This document shows, in pieces, positions 1 through 8,575 of a stretch of DNA of 32,000 nucleotides. The position numbers and the translations under genes were made by a program. Each line of letters opens with the position of its first letter. Position 1 is the first letter of the stretch. The DNA lies in assembly GCA_022646745.1 (NCBI GenBank), contig CP060262.1, positions 4,050,001-4,082,000 on the forward strand, given 5' to 3'. Source of the DNA: Planctomycetales bacterium. GTDB lineage: Bacteria > 4484-113 > JAFGCY01. The notes under the pieces were generated by a model. The model ran no database searches, was not told the origin of the DNA, and saw nothing but the letters and a program-made list of their open reading frames with translations.

Positions 1-2640
1 CGTCCGCTGGCCTTGCGCGAAACCACCTCCCGCTGGGCCCCCGGACGCGCCAGCGCTGGATATGAAGCTGGCAGCATCCTGGTCAGTGAGCAGCGCTATG
101 CCGAGTGCAGTGGCCTGAACAGCCGGATGCGCATCAGCAACAGTGGCACCGAGGACCGCGAGCTGCTGGCCTGCTTTTATGGCAGCGTCGAGCAGTGGCC
201 CTTCTTCGACTACTGGAAGGAACTGGAGAAACCGAAGGTGGAGGTGGCGATCGACCGCCCGCTCTCGCTGGCAACGATCACCCAGCCCCACAGCTTCGAA
301 GGCGTCGGCACCATCAACTCCATCCAGCGCATCTGGCTGGAACTGCCGGAAGGTGCGCTTGCGGCGGGAGCCGGCTTTGGCAACAGCGAACAGGACATCC
401 GCGCCCAGTGGCGGGAGCATGGACCGGCCTCTGACATCCGCATGCGGCTCGGACAGACCGGCGAGCGCTATCCCGTCGGAGCCGACCCGATCACATTCAG
501 CTCCCCAGCCCCGCATTACTACATGACGGTGCGCCTGGCGATAGCCGCCAGGGACTCACTGGAGCTGACCCTGCGCACTGACTACCACACTGACGACGAG
601 GATGGCGACCTGCGCAGCGGGCATGCCCGCACCTCTGACAGCACGCCCCCGACGGACGAACTGGCCCGGCAGAAGCGCAGCTGGAAGCGCTACCTGCGGC
701 ATGAGGTGCCGCAGATCGAATGCAGCGACAGCGAGCTTGAGCGCTACTGGTACTACGTCTGGTACGTGCTGCGTGCCAACCGCACCAGTGGCGGCCGCCT
801 GCTACCGGTGGAGTACAGCGCGCCGAGCAAGTACATGTACTGGGGCAGCTGGATCTGGGACAGCTACTTCCATGTGCTGGGTGAGATGTGGCTGCAGGAC
901 AGCGAGGTGGCGCGCGACAGCCTGCGCAGCGTGCTGGCAATGCAGTACCCGAATGGCTACGTCCCGGTCTGCAGCGGCAGCAACTACCGCATGGTGTTCC
1001 ATGAGGACGTGGAAGGCTACCTTGCCCCGCAGGGCAGTGGCTATGCCTCATATGTGGAACCGCAGCTGGAGGACTACCGTGAGCTGGAGCATCCCTTCGA
1101 GGCCCAGCTGAGCTACTTCCGCCGCCAGGGCGATGGCCCGGAGCTGCCAAGGGAGAGTGGCCGCGAGCGCCAGGCCCGCCTGCTGGAACTGGAGGCCAGC
1201 CAGCTTGATGGCCTGCTCAGGCTGGGCAGCGGCTATGACGGCCTGATCATCAACCTTGGAGACGCACCGATGCTGAATTCGGCCGAGCTCGGGCGGATGG
1301 TGGCGATGATCAAGCAGGCGCTGGATGAGAAAATGCCGGTTGCCATCGCCGTGCACGGTGAGACCCTGACCCGCGTGCTGCGCACGGTCAGGCTGGACCG
1401 CTTCACGAGCATCTGCACGAGCCTCGGCGAGGCACGCCTGCTGCTCAATGCGAAACTCAGTGGCAACGGGACTGCCGAGCGGCGCAGCACCGGCCTGATG
1501 ATTGGCAACGAGAAGACCCAGACACCGCTGATCGGTGCTGCCGCACATGAGCTGATGGCGATGCGACTGCCGGGCACGGATGAGTTCATGCAGGACATCC
1601 TGCCGGGACTGAAGGCCTACGAGCAGTGGCTCTGGCAGCGCCGCAGTGACGGCGAGGGGCGCTTCGTGCTGTGGCATGGCGATGAGAGCGGCTGGGATGA
1701 CAGCGTGCGCCACTACCCGGTGCCGGCGCGGCCCTTCGACGTGCAGGTGCACTGCCTGCAACTGCGGGACTTCCTCGTCAAGGCTGCCGTGAAGTACGCA
1801 CCAGAGGATGCGTCATACATCCGCAACATCAAGGAACGCCGCGACCTGACAATGCAGTCGCTGTCGACATACTGGTGTGACAAGGACAAGTGGCATTATG
1901 ACCTGGCCGGCGACGGCAGCGAGGGGGACGAGTTCCGCCGCAGGATCGCCGCCAGTGCGATGTTCGACCTCGTGCTTTCGGAGCGGCGCGCGACACAGCA
2001 CGTCACCAACGCGCTGAAAGACGAGCGTGTGTTCGCGAGCGAGCAGCCGGTGCCGAGCCTTGCGATGTGCGACGAGGCCTACAGCCCGCATGGCTGGGGC
2101 TGGAACGGTCCGGTCTGGCTGCAGGTGAACTACTTCACGATCACCGGCCTGCTTAACCAGGGCGAGCATGAGGCGGCGTTCAAGCTGTGGGAGAAGACCC
2201 GTGCAATGCTGATCCGCCAGGGCCTGCCCTACTCCTATGAGATGTACGACCCGCACAGTGGCACCGGGATGGGCTGCCCGGACTACTCCTGGCAGGCAAT
2301 GGTCAACCACCTGGTGATCCGCTGGTTCGCCGGGGTGCATGACCTGATGCTGATCCCGCACCTGCCGCCGGGGATGGACCGGCTGCGCATCTCAAACCTG
2401 CCGACGCGCATCCGCGAGGTGCGCTACCGCCGCAATGGCAACAGGCTGAAGATCGACGTGAGGTTCCGCGGCAAGCCGCAGCGCTTCGGGCTGGCCCAGG
2501 GCTCACTTGGCAACATCGTCTCGATGAAGACCGGCCTGCCGGAGGACACCGTCGGCTGGAGCAACGGCCGCTGGCTGTTCAGCCTGAAGGGTGAGCATGA
2601 CTCACTGAAGATCAGGCTGGAAACGGAAACACCCGCCTGA
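1..2640 (+). CDS. GH63/MGH1-like (alpha/alpha)6-barrel glycoside hydrolase, 5' partial, with an internal STAS-like insertion
   Basis: The frame has no stop in codons 1-12, so the gene probably starts left of the window; the TTG at 13 in the ORF track is not a convincing start. It ends at TGA 2638-2640. Motifs ECSDSELERYWYYVWYVLRAN, WHGDESGWDDSVRHYP, GWGWNGPVWLQVNYF and YEMYDPHSGTGMGCPDYSWQA fit GH63/MGH1-type six-hairpin glycosidases. It is a clear paralog of 5707-8046, whose first ~90 residues have no counterpart here. Confidence 0.75.
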   Translation, partial: RPLALRETTSRWAPGRASAGYEAGSILVSEQRYAECSGLNSRMRISNSGTEDRELLACFYGSVEQWPFFDYWKELEKPKVEVAIDRPLSLATITQPHSFEGVGTINSIQRIWLELPEGALAAGAGFGNSEQDIRAQWREHGPASDIRMRLGQTGERYPVGADPITFSSPAPHYYMTVRLAIAARDSLELTLRTDYHTDDEDGDLRSGHARTSDSTPPTDELARQKRSWKRYLRHEVPQIECSDSELERYWYYVWYVLRANRTSGGRLLPVEYSAPSKYMYWGSWIWDSYFHVLGEMWLQDSEVARDSLRSVLAMQYPNGYVPVCSGSNYRMVFHEDVEGYLAPQGSGYASYVEPQLEDYRELEHPFEAQLSYFRRQGDGPELPRESGRERQARLLELEASQLDGLLRLGSGYDGLIINLGDAPMLNSAELGRMVAMIKQALDEKMPVAIAVHGETLTRVLRTVRLDRFTSICTSLGEARLLLNAKLSGNGTAERRSTGLMIGNEKTQTPLIGAAAHELMAMRLPGTDEFMQDILPGLKAYEQWLWQRRSDGEGRFVLWHGDESGWDDSVRHYPVPARPFDVQVHCLQLRDFLVKAAVKYAPEDASYIRNIKERRDLTMQSLSTYWCDKDKWHYDLAGDGSEGDEFRRRIAASAMFDLVLSERRATQHVTNALKDERVFASEQPVPSLAMCDEAYSPHGWGWNGPVWLQVNYFTITGLLNQGEHEAAFKLWEKTRAMLIRQGLPYSYEMYDPHSGTGMGCPDYSWQAMVNHLVIRWFAGVHDLMLIPHLPPGMDRLRISNLPTRIREVRYRRNGNRLKIDVRFRGKPQRFGLAQGSLGNIVSMKTGLPEDTVGWSNGRWLFSLKGEHDSLKIRLETETPA

Positions 2641-2660
2641 CGTGTCTCCCAGGCGGGTGT
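2629..2660. terminator. Perfect 11-bp stem / 10-nt loop hairpin between convergent genes (possible bidirectional terminator, no U-tract)
   Basis: ACACCCGCCTG (2629-2639) pairs base for base with CAGGCGGGTGT (2650-2660). The left arm overlaps the last codons and the TGA of the upstream CDS. The hairpin lies in the 57-nt gap before the convergent gene ending at 2698. No T-run follows on either strand. Confidence 0.4.
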
Positions 2661-2697
2661 CCAGTCCCATCCACAGCCAAACGCTGTAATGAATTGC

Positions 2698-5523
2698 TTA
2701 TTCAGGCAGGCTGGTGGTCCTGAGGCTCATCACCAGCAGGTCCGTGTCAGTTCCACTGGAATCCAGTTCAAAGTCCGTGTAGGGAACCAGGTTGCCATCA
2801 TCGTTGTTAGTGCTCGACCCTGTTGTCGGGGAAACCGTCACTGTCCTGTTATCCATGGACAGGGAATATTCCTCGACAGTCTCATTGATCCTGGACCAGC
2901 TGCCATCAATGTTCTTTCCAGTACCGGCAAACATGAATCTGTCGCCTACCGCAATCATGTCCACGATCAGGTTGTCAGAGCGAGGCGTGTATTCCCAGGT
3001 GCCGATTGATGTCCCGGAAGGATCAACCGCATAGAAGCGGGAAGCGGCGCCCAGGCCCTCATCCGCGAGGTGCGGGTTGAGGCCATAGACATTGCCTGAC
3101 ACATCAACATACAGGTGGGTGATGTGACCGCTGCTTGCTCCGCTGAATACGGAATATCCCTTCTGCCAGAGGACAGTTCCGTCACTCTGGAACTTGACGA
3201 TGAAGGGCTGGTAGTCGCCAAGCGTATTGGCTCCACCCGCAAGGAATATGTCTCCACTCCCGTCAACTGCAACGCTGTATCCATGCTCATGGATGATGCT
3301 GGCCGCATCACCCCAGCCCTTGCACCAGTCAACGTCTCCGTTGCTGGCGATCTTGACCACGCATGCTTCGCAGCCCGCAACATAGAGGTTGCCAGCGGCA
3401 TCCGCCGTGACACCCTCGGCATGCTTGTTGGCATGCCCGACATCCATGAAATCAGCAACATAGTACTTGTTCCAGAGCACGTTGCCATTTGGCTGCAGCT
3501 TGTACACCACCATATTGCTCAGTTTGATCTCGAGTTCATCCCAGAGCGAGAACACCACATAGAAGTTTCCGCTGCCATCCAGCGCTGTCCGTGGGTTGTG
3601 GAATGTGTTCAGGGCTCCCCCGTCCTCAAGCAGGCGTTCGTAAATCAGGTTGCCATCAGTGTCTATACCAAACGCCAACACGCCAACAGCTTCTGTGTCA
3701 AGGGTACTTCTGTCTCCCAATCCGGCTGCCACGAACACGTTTCCGCTGGCATCCACCTTGCCTGAGACAACCTCGAAGTCACGGCCGGTTTCATACTTCC
3801 TCGCCCAGATCACCTGCCCGGCCGGACTGAACTTCGCGACCATCGGATAATCGGTCCGCCCGATCACATAGACATTGCCGCTGCTGTCAGTGCCTACCGT
3901 GAAGCCGTCATCATCGGTTGCACCGCCGATGGTATGAACCCACTCATCAGTCGTCACCGTCAGCTGGAAGTTGAATGTATCGCTGTCGAGGTTTCCATCC
4001 ACCGTCAGGCTGCAGTCGTAGACGCCCGGGCCTGCCAGTGTGATCATCGGCGATTCGTCGGTGCTGGTGTCCGGGGTAGCGCCGCCGCCGAAATCCCAGC
4101 TCCAGGTGTTGACACTTGCACCACTCGTGACAGCAACCATCTGGATGCTTTCGCCTGCCAGACCGCCGAGCGGGCTGACGCTGTCAATCACTGGTACAGC
4201 ACCGTCACGGAAGCCGCTGTCCTTGTTGCTCGGATTGGATTCACCGGCGGTGTTGCTGGCGGTCACGTAGTACCAGTTGAGGGATTCGAGTGCAGCCGCC
4301 GCGTCGTCGTAGCTCAGCTCGGTTGTGCGCAGGAGCTCCGTGTATGTGCCGTCCTCCTCGAGGCTGTGGTAGAGCACGTACTCGTCCGCGCCATTGGCTG
4401 CCTCCCAGCTCACGCTGACGTGGGCCGGGCTGGTGCCGTCGCTCGCCATCAGGTTGGTGGGCATTGCCGGCCTGTCCAGCGGCCAGCCCTCAAACTGGAT
4501 GGAGAAGTCGGTCTTCTTCTCCCCCTGCCAGCCGCGCACGATGTAGAAGTAGTGCTGGCCGGTGGTGACATCGGTGTCGCTGTACCCGGTTGTTGCATCT
4601 GTCGAATCGAACAGGTGCTCGAATGAGCCCAGCGTACCGGTGCGGCGCTGGATCTCGTAGTATTCCACATCCGCCACCGGATCCCAGCTCAGGTCCACCT
4701 GCTCCAGCAGGGTGCCTTGCGTGGCGCTGACATTGCCGGGCTTGCCGGGAAGGACGAAGGAGGCCGCCTGAACGTGGTTGCTCGGGATGCCGATCGCGCT
4801 GCCGTCATACGGAGCAACACGGTAGTACTGCCCGTCCGCCGGCACATTCAGGTGGAATGTGAAGTCGCGCTGGAAGCTCTCGCTGTTGATGCTGCTGTCG
4901 GCAAACACCACCTGGCTGACCAGGTTCCAGGTGCTGTCCGGGTTGACCGCGCGCTGGATCCAGTAGCCCTGCACCTTGTTGAGGAAGTTGCTGCCGATCG
5001 GCGTGATGTCCGAGATGTTGACCTCGTTGTTGCCATCATTGTCCGTGTTGCGCGCCCTGTTCCAGTCGGCCACTGCCCCGGTCTTGCCGAGGTGGATGCC
5101 GATCGGGGTCAGGTCAGCGATGTTCACCTCGCTGTTGAGGTCGCCATCGCCCTGGTTGCGGTAGGTCCAGGCCAGGTCGGCGCTGCCGTCCTGGTTGTTC
5201 GTGATCATCAGGTCATTGACAGCACTGAACAGGCTCTGCGGGGCATCGGATACGAAGCGGTCCCGGCCCTGGGCCTGCAGCACACGGATAAGCTCTTCCT
5301 GCAGCTGCTGGAACACGGCGGGATTCACTCCGTCCGGCGCCGGCAGGGCATCCACTTCCTGGATCGCCTCGCCGAGGCTTACCACGCGTGCAGTGCTTCT
5401 TGAGCTGTCCAGCGCGGGGGTATCGCCCTGCATCGTGCTGCCGCAGCCGGATCCGGCCGCCAGCAGGCCAACAACAATCATCCCGGCAAGAATGCCGGGT
5501 AGTTTCCCAGTCCAACCAGTCAC
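2698..5523 (-). CDS. Secreted lipoprotein: dockerin-type repeats + Fn3-like modules + PKD-like module + SBBP-type beta-propeller repeats
   Basis: GTG start at 5523 with GGAG 9 nt upstream. The signal peptide ends in a lipobox-like LAAGSGC. There are two Ca-binding dockerin-like repeats (DGDLNSEVNIADLTPIG and DNDGNNEVNISDITPIG). Fn3-like segments are present (for example VDLSWDPVADVEYYEIQR and VSVSWEAANGADEYVLY), plus a PKD-like segment (WSWDFGGGATPD...YDCSLTVDG). The C-terminal half has repeated D-x-SGN-hYV-hG units (DSSGNVYVIG, DASGNVFVAA, DGSGNFYVVF, DAAGNLYVAG, DGSGDIFLAG, DVSGNVYG). Confidence 0.8.
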   Translation of the reverse strand: MTGWTGKLPGILAGMIVVGLLAAGSGCGSTMQGDTPALDSSRSTARVVSLGEAIQEVDALPAPDGVNPAVFQQLQEELIRVLQAQGRDRFVSDAPQSLFSAVNDLMITNNQDGSADLAWTYRNQGDGDLNSEVNIADLTPIGIHLGKTGAVADWNRARNTDNDGNNEVNISDITPIGSNFLNKVQGYWIQRAVNPDSTWNLVSQVVFADSSINSESFQRDFTFHLNVPADGQYYRVAPYDGSAIGIPSNHVQAASFVLPGKPGNVSATQGTLLEQVDLSWDPVADVEYYEIQRRTGTLGSFEHLFDSTDATTGYSDTDVTTGQHYFYIVRGWQGEKKTDFSIQFEGWPLDRPAMPTNLMASDGTSPAHVSVSWEAANGADEYVLYHSLEEDGTYTELLRTTELSYDDAAAALESLNWYYVTASNTAGESNPSNKDSGFRDGAVPVIDSVSPLGGLAGESIQMVAVTSGASVNTWSWDFGGGATPDTSTDESPMITLAGPGVYDCSLTVDGNLDSDTFNFQLTVTTDEWVHTIGGATDDDGFTVGTDSSGNVYVIGRTDYPMVAKFSPAGQVIWARKYETGRDFEVVSGKVDASGNVFVAAGLGDRSTLDTEAVGVLAFGIDTDGNLIYERLLEDGGALNTFHNPRTALDGSGNFYVVFSLWDELEIKLSNMVVYKLQPNGNVLWNKYYVADFMDVGHANKHAEGVTADAAGNLYVAGCEACVVKIASNGDVDWCKGWGDAASIIHEHGYSVAVDGSGDIFLAGGANTLGDYQPFIVKFQSDGTVLWQKGYSVFSGASSGHITHLYVDVSGNVYGLNPHLADEGLGAASRFYAVDPSGTSIGTWEYTPRSDNLIVDMIAVGDRFMFAGTGKNIDGSWSRINETVEEYSLSMDNRTVTVSPTTGSSTNNDDGNLVPYTDFELDSSGTDTDLLVMSLRTTSLPE

Positions 5524-5578
5524 GTGTCCTACTCCAGTTGATGTGATTTCGATGCGAATTTCACGGGGGCTTTAACTG

Positions 5579-5584
5579 AGTATA
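5579..5584 (-). promoter_or_regulatory. -10 box TATACT (TATACTCAG motif) for the lipoprotein gene
   Basis: The minus strand reads ccTTATACTCAGttaaa. This is about 55 nt upstream of the GTG at 5523 and shares the TATA(A/C)TCAG motif seen at 12088, 16104 and 22856. Confidence 0.4.
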
Positions 5585-5706
5585 AGGCGGCGTGTCTCAA
5601 TATGCAAGTTTTGTAGTCTGGATGCGGGCTGACATGCAGTACATTCCAGCGGGGGATCCCCTCAAATGAGACCTCCAGCTGAGTAGCTGCGTACATTAAA
5701 GTTGGG

Positions 5707-8046
5707 ATGATGCAACTGGATCGCTTCAATGAACTGCTGGCCCGAGGGGACAAGTGGTACCTCGGCAATGGCGGGATGCTGCTTTACGCCCCGCCCTTCC
5801 CGCAGCACCTGCATGTGCCCGGCTTCTGGGATGAGTGCCACTGGGGCGACACTGCGGTGCCAAACCTGCTGTGCTTCAGCTTCGTGCAGGAGGAGCAGGC
5901 AGGCACACAGCGCAGGCTGACGGAACTGGTGCCGCAACTGCAGGACTGGCAGTGGACTCCGTCATCAATCACGGCGACCTACCGGCTCGGCAGATCCTCT
6001 GGCATCAGCGGCTGGACCGACGGGGGGATGCAGCTGATCGAGCGGCGCAGCATCGGAGCTGACAGCCGGTTGCACTGCGAAATCGAGCTCAGTCGAGATG
6101 CCGGCTCGGCGGCCGGCACAGTACATGTGCTCGCCTGGACGATGCGGGAGCGGCCGCGGGACAATGAGCGCCTGACACTGAGTGACTTCTGGGCCGCCGA
6201 TGGCAGCCTGAGCTGGCGGCAGTCCTTTGCTTCACGTGCCCACGGCCGCGGTGACGAAGCGCTGCAACTCAAGCTGGCAATGCACACCAGCCATCCGCCA
6301 GACAGCCTGCAGGTCACGCCCTCGCATGGGGCGAAGCTGCTGCCGGAGCTGCGCTTCAGCCCGCTGTGGGACAGCCTGGCAAGCAACGGCAGCCTCAGCG
6401 GCATCGTGAAGGGCAGCAACGTGCTTGGCAACGTGGTGTATGCCGGGATGCATTGGAAAGCCTCCGGACCTGACCCGTTCAGCCTCGGGATTGACATCGC
6501 CGTCAATGAAGCCGGTCATGCCGCACCACTGCCATCCGGCAGCGATCAGCCTGACAATGCCTGGCGGGAGTTCCTCTCGCTCGTTCCGCATTTCGAGTGC
6601 AGCGATGCGATGCTCACGCGCTACTACTGGTACCGCTGGTACGGCCTGCGCCTGAACGCCCTGCCCGCCGCTGCCAACTACGTGGCCCCGGCTGTGACCG
6701 AAGGCCTGTCCTACTTCCGCGGTGTGATCACCTACAGCCTGATGTGCCATATGTTCGAGGCCCGCTGGCTGCGGGACCCGGCGCTCGCCCGCGGCTGCCT
6801 TGACAACCACATCGCCCACCAGACCAAGAGCGGGCACTTCCCGGCACATATCTACGCCCGGCATGTCAACAAGAATGCCTTCTACCACACTGACGTTGGA
6901 CGTGCGCTCAAGCTGACCCGCCTGCACCATCCTGACGAGTCATACACGCAGAAGGTTTACGACCCTCTCAGGCGCTTGCTGGGCTTCTACCAGAAGGACC
7001 GCGACCGCGAGGGGATGGATCTCTACGACATCCGCGACCAGTACGAGACAGGCCAGGAGTTCACCAGCCGCTACTTCTTCGCCGATGACAACGCGGACAG
7101 CTACGGCTGGGACCACAAACTGCGCCTGAAGGGCGTGGACGTGTCGAGCTACGTTTACAGCCTCGTCGGCGAACTGCTCGAACTTGCCTGGCAGCAGCAG
7201 AAGGCTGCCGACATCAAGGAACTGAGCGAACTGCAGGCCCATATCCATGCTGCCGTCAATGCCTACATGTGGGATGACGAACGCGGCTGGTACATGGACT
7301 ACAGCGCGCAGAAGAAGGAACGCAGCAACTACATTGTCTCCGTCGGCAGTTACCCCGCCCTGTTCGGGCTGGCCGGCCGCGAACGCGCATTGCGCATCGG
7401 CGAGCGCCTGACTGACCCAGCCGGCTTCTGGACGGAATGGCCGCTGGCAACCGTGCCGGTGGATGACCCCTACTTCTCTGCTGACCCGGCCTGGCGCGGC
7501 GAGCGGGCCAACTGCCCATGGAACGGGCGGGTCTGGCCGATGGTCAACAGCCATGTCTGCGAAGTGCTGGAGCGGTTGTCCGCGCTGGATGGCGACAGCT
7601 ACCGGCCGAAGCTGGCCGGCTTCCTGCGCCGCTACATCGAAATGATGCACTTCGAGAATGGCGACGCTGCCGGGGCTGGCAAGGACCTCAGTCGCCCGAA
7701 CTGCTACGAGCATTACCATCCGTACAATGGCAGCGCCTGTGAATACCGCGGTGTGGATGACTACATGCACTCCTGGGTGGCGGACCTGCTGCTGCGCTAT
7801 GTCGCCGGTGTGCGCGTGCAGGAGCAGCGTGACAGCGCAAATGTACGGCGCAGCATCCTGTTCGACCCCTTCCCCTTCGGCTTGGACAGCTTCATCCTGT
7901 CAAATTGCCTGGTGGCGGGAAGGGAGATCGAGGTGCAGTGGAACCGGGACAGGGAAGGCAACAGCAAGCCGGGCTACCGGGTACTGGTTGACAACGGCCT
8001 GGTGCATGAGTCGCAGGGCATCGAGCGCTTCGAGTTCGAGCTGTAA
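5707..8046 (+). CDS. GH63/MGH1-like (alpha/alpha)6-barrel glycoside hydrolase (paralog without the insertion)
   Basis: 779-aa ORF. Motifs ECSDAMLTRYYWYRWYGLRLN, YETGQEFTSRYFF, NCPWNGRVWPMVNSH and CYEHYHPYNGSACEYRGVDDYMHSW are colinear with the motifs of 1-2640. A TACATT -10-like hexamer lies 9 nt before the ATG. Confidence 0.75.
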   Translation: MMQLDRFNELLARGDKWYLGNGGMLLYAPPFPQHLHVPGFWDECHWGDTAVPNLLCFSFVQEEQAGTQRRLTELVPQLQDWQWTPSSITATYRLGRSSGISGWTDGGMQLIERRSIGADSRLHCEIELSRDAGSAAGTVHVLAWTMRERPRDNERLTLSDFWAADGSLSWRQSFASRAHGRGDEALQLKLAMHTSHPPDSLQVTPSHGAKLLPELRFSPLWDSLASNGSLSGIVKGSNVLGNVVYAGMHWKASGPDPFSLGIDIAVNEAGHAAPLPSGSDQPDNAWREFLSLVPHFECSDAMLTRYYWYRWYGLRLNALPAAANYVAPAVTEGLSYFRGVITYSLMCHMFEARWLRDPALARGCLDNHIAHQTKSGHFPAHIYARHVNKNAFYHTDVGRALKLTRLHHPDESYTQKVYDPLRRLLGFYQKDRDREGMDLYDIRDQYETGQEFTSRYFFADDNADSYGWDHKLRLKGVDVSSYVYSLVGELLELAWQQQKAADIKELSELQAHIHAAVNAYMWDDERGWYMDYSAQKKERSNYIVSVGSYPALFGLAGRERALRIGERLTDPAGFWTEWPLATVPVDDPYFSADPAWRGERANCPWNGRVWPMVNSHVCEVLERLSALDGDSYRPKLAGFLRRYIEMMHFENGDAAGAGKDLSRPNCYEHYHPYNGSACEYRGVDDYMHSWVADLLLRYVAGVRVQEQRDSANVRRSILFDPFPFGLDSFILSNCLVAGREIEVQWNRDREGNSKPGYRVLVDNGLVHESQGIERFEFEL

Positions 8047-8047
8047 C

Positions 8048-8515
8048 TCAGCGCCAGCGGCGTCCGTCCTTTGGCAGCTTGCGTTCCATCCACATTTCAG
8101 GCTTGCCCAGCGGTTCATAGCCGCAGGGTGCGTACACCCCGTGTGCATCCTTCGTCGCCAGCAGCCAGCGGTTCACATCGCGTAGTTCGGGATGATCCAT
8201 GGCAGCACGAACCAGCCTGCGGCCGTAGCCCCGGCCCTGGAACTCATCAAGCACCAGCACATCGCAAAGCATCGCCCAGCGGGTGCAGTCCGTGATGACA
8301 CGGCAGAATCCGATCATCCGTCCCTCGAGGTACAGCCCGAAGGGCAGAGAGGCCCCGACCTGCCGTTCAACCTGCTCCAGCGTGATCCCCTCGGCCCAGT
8401 AGGAGGCATCGAGGAAGTCGCGCACGACCTGCAGGTCCAGCAGGCTGCGCTCAGTGCTGATCAGCACGTCGTCCGCTTCGACGGCATGCACGGGCAGGTC
8501 ACAAGGGTTGAGCAT
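8048..8515 (-). CDS. GNAT family N-acetyltransferase
   Basis: 155 aa with the acetyl-CoA binding signature DEFQGRGYGRRLVRAAMDH (Q/R-x-x-G-x-G/A). Its stop TCA at 8048-8050 lies 1 nt from the TAA of the convergent gene. Confidence 0.75.
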   Translation of the reverse strand: MLNPCDLPVHAVEADDVLISTERSLLDLQVVRDFLDASYWAEGITLEQVERQVGASLPFGLYLEGRMIGFCRVITDCTRWAMLCDVLVLDEFQGRGYGRRLVRAAMDHPELRDVNRWLLATKDAHGVYAPCGYEPLGKPEMWMERKLPKDGRRWR

Positions 8516-8521
8516 GCAGCA

Positions 8522-8527
8522 ATGATA
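8522..8527 (-). promoter_or_regulatory. -10-like TATCAT 6 nt upstream of the GNAT ATG (leaderless configuration)
   Basis: The minus strand reads gcgcTATCATtgctgcATG, and there is no SD between the box and the ATG. Confidence 0.35.
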
Positions 8528-8538
8528 GCGCCGCTCGT

Positions 8539-8544
8539 TATACT
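8539..8544 (+). promoter_or_regulatory. -10-like TATACT upstream of valS
   Basis: cgtTATACTagtagg lies 32 nt before the valS ATG, followed by the SD GAGGAA (8564-8569). No convincing -35 is visible. Confidence 0.35.
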
Positions 8545-8575
8545 AGTAGGCTGTTTTTTCCACGAGGAACATTAA

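Noticed and set aside
5652-5661. GGGGATCCCC / GGGATCCC palindromes at 5652-5661, 26704-26711 and 31920-31927
   Set aside because: My rough expectation for this GC-rich palindromic 8-mer is about one per window, so three copies are not compelling. One copy is simply part of the htrA terminator stem and one lies inside a coding region.
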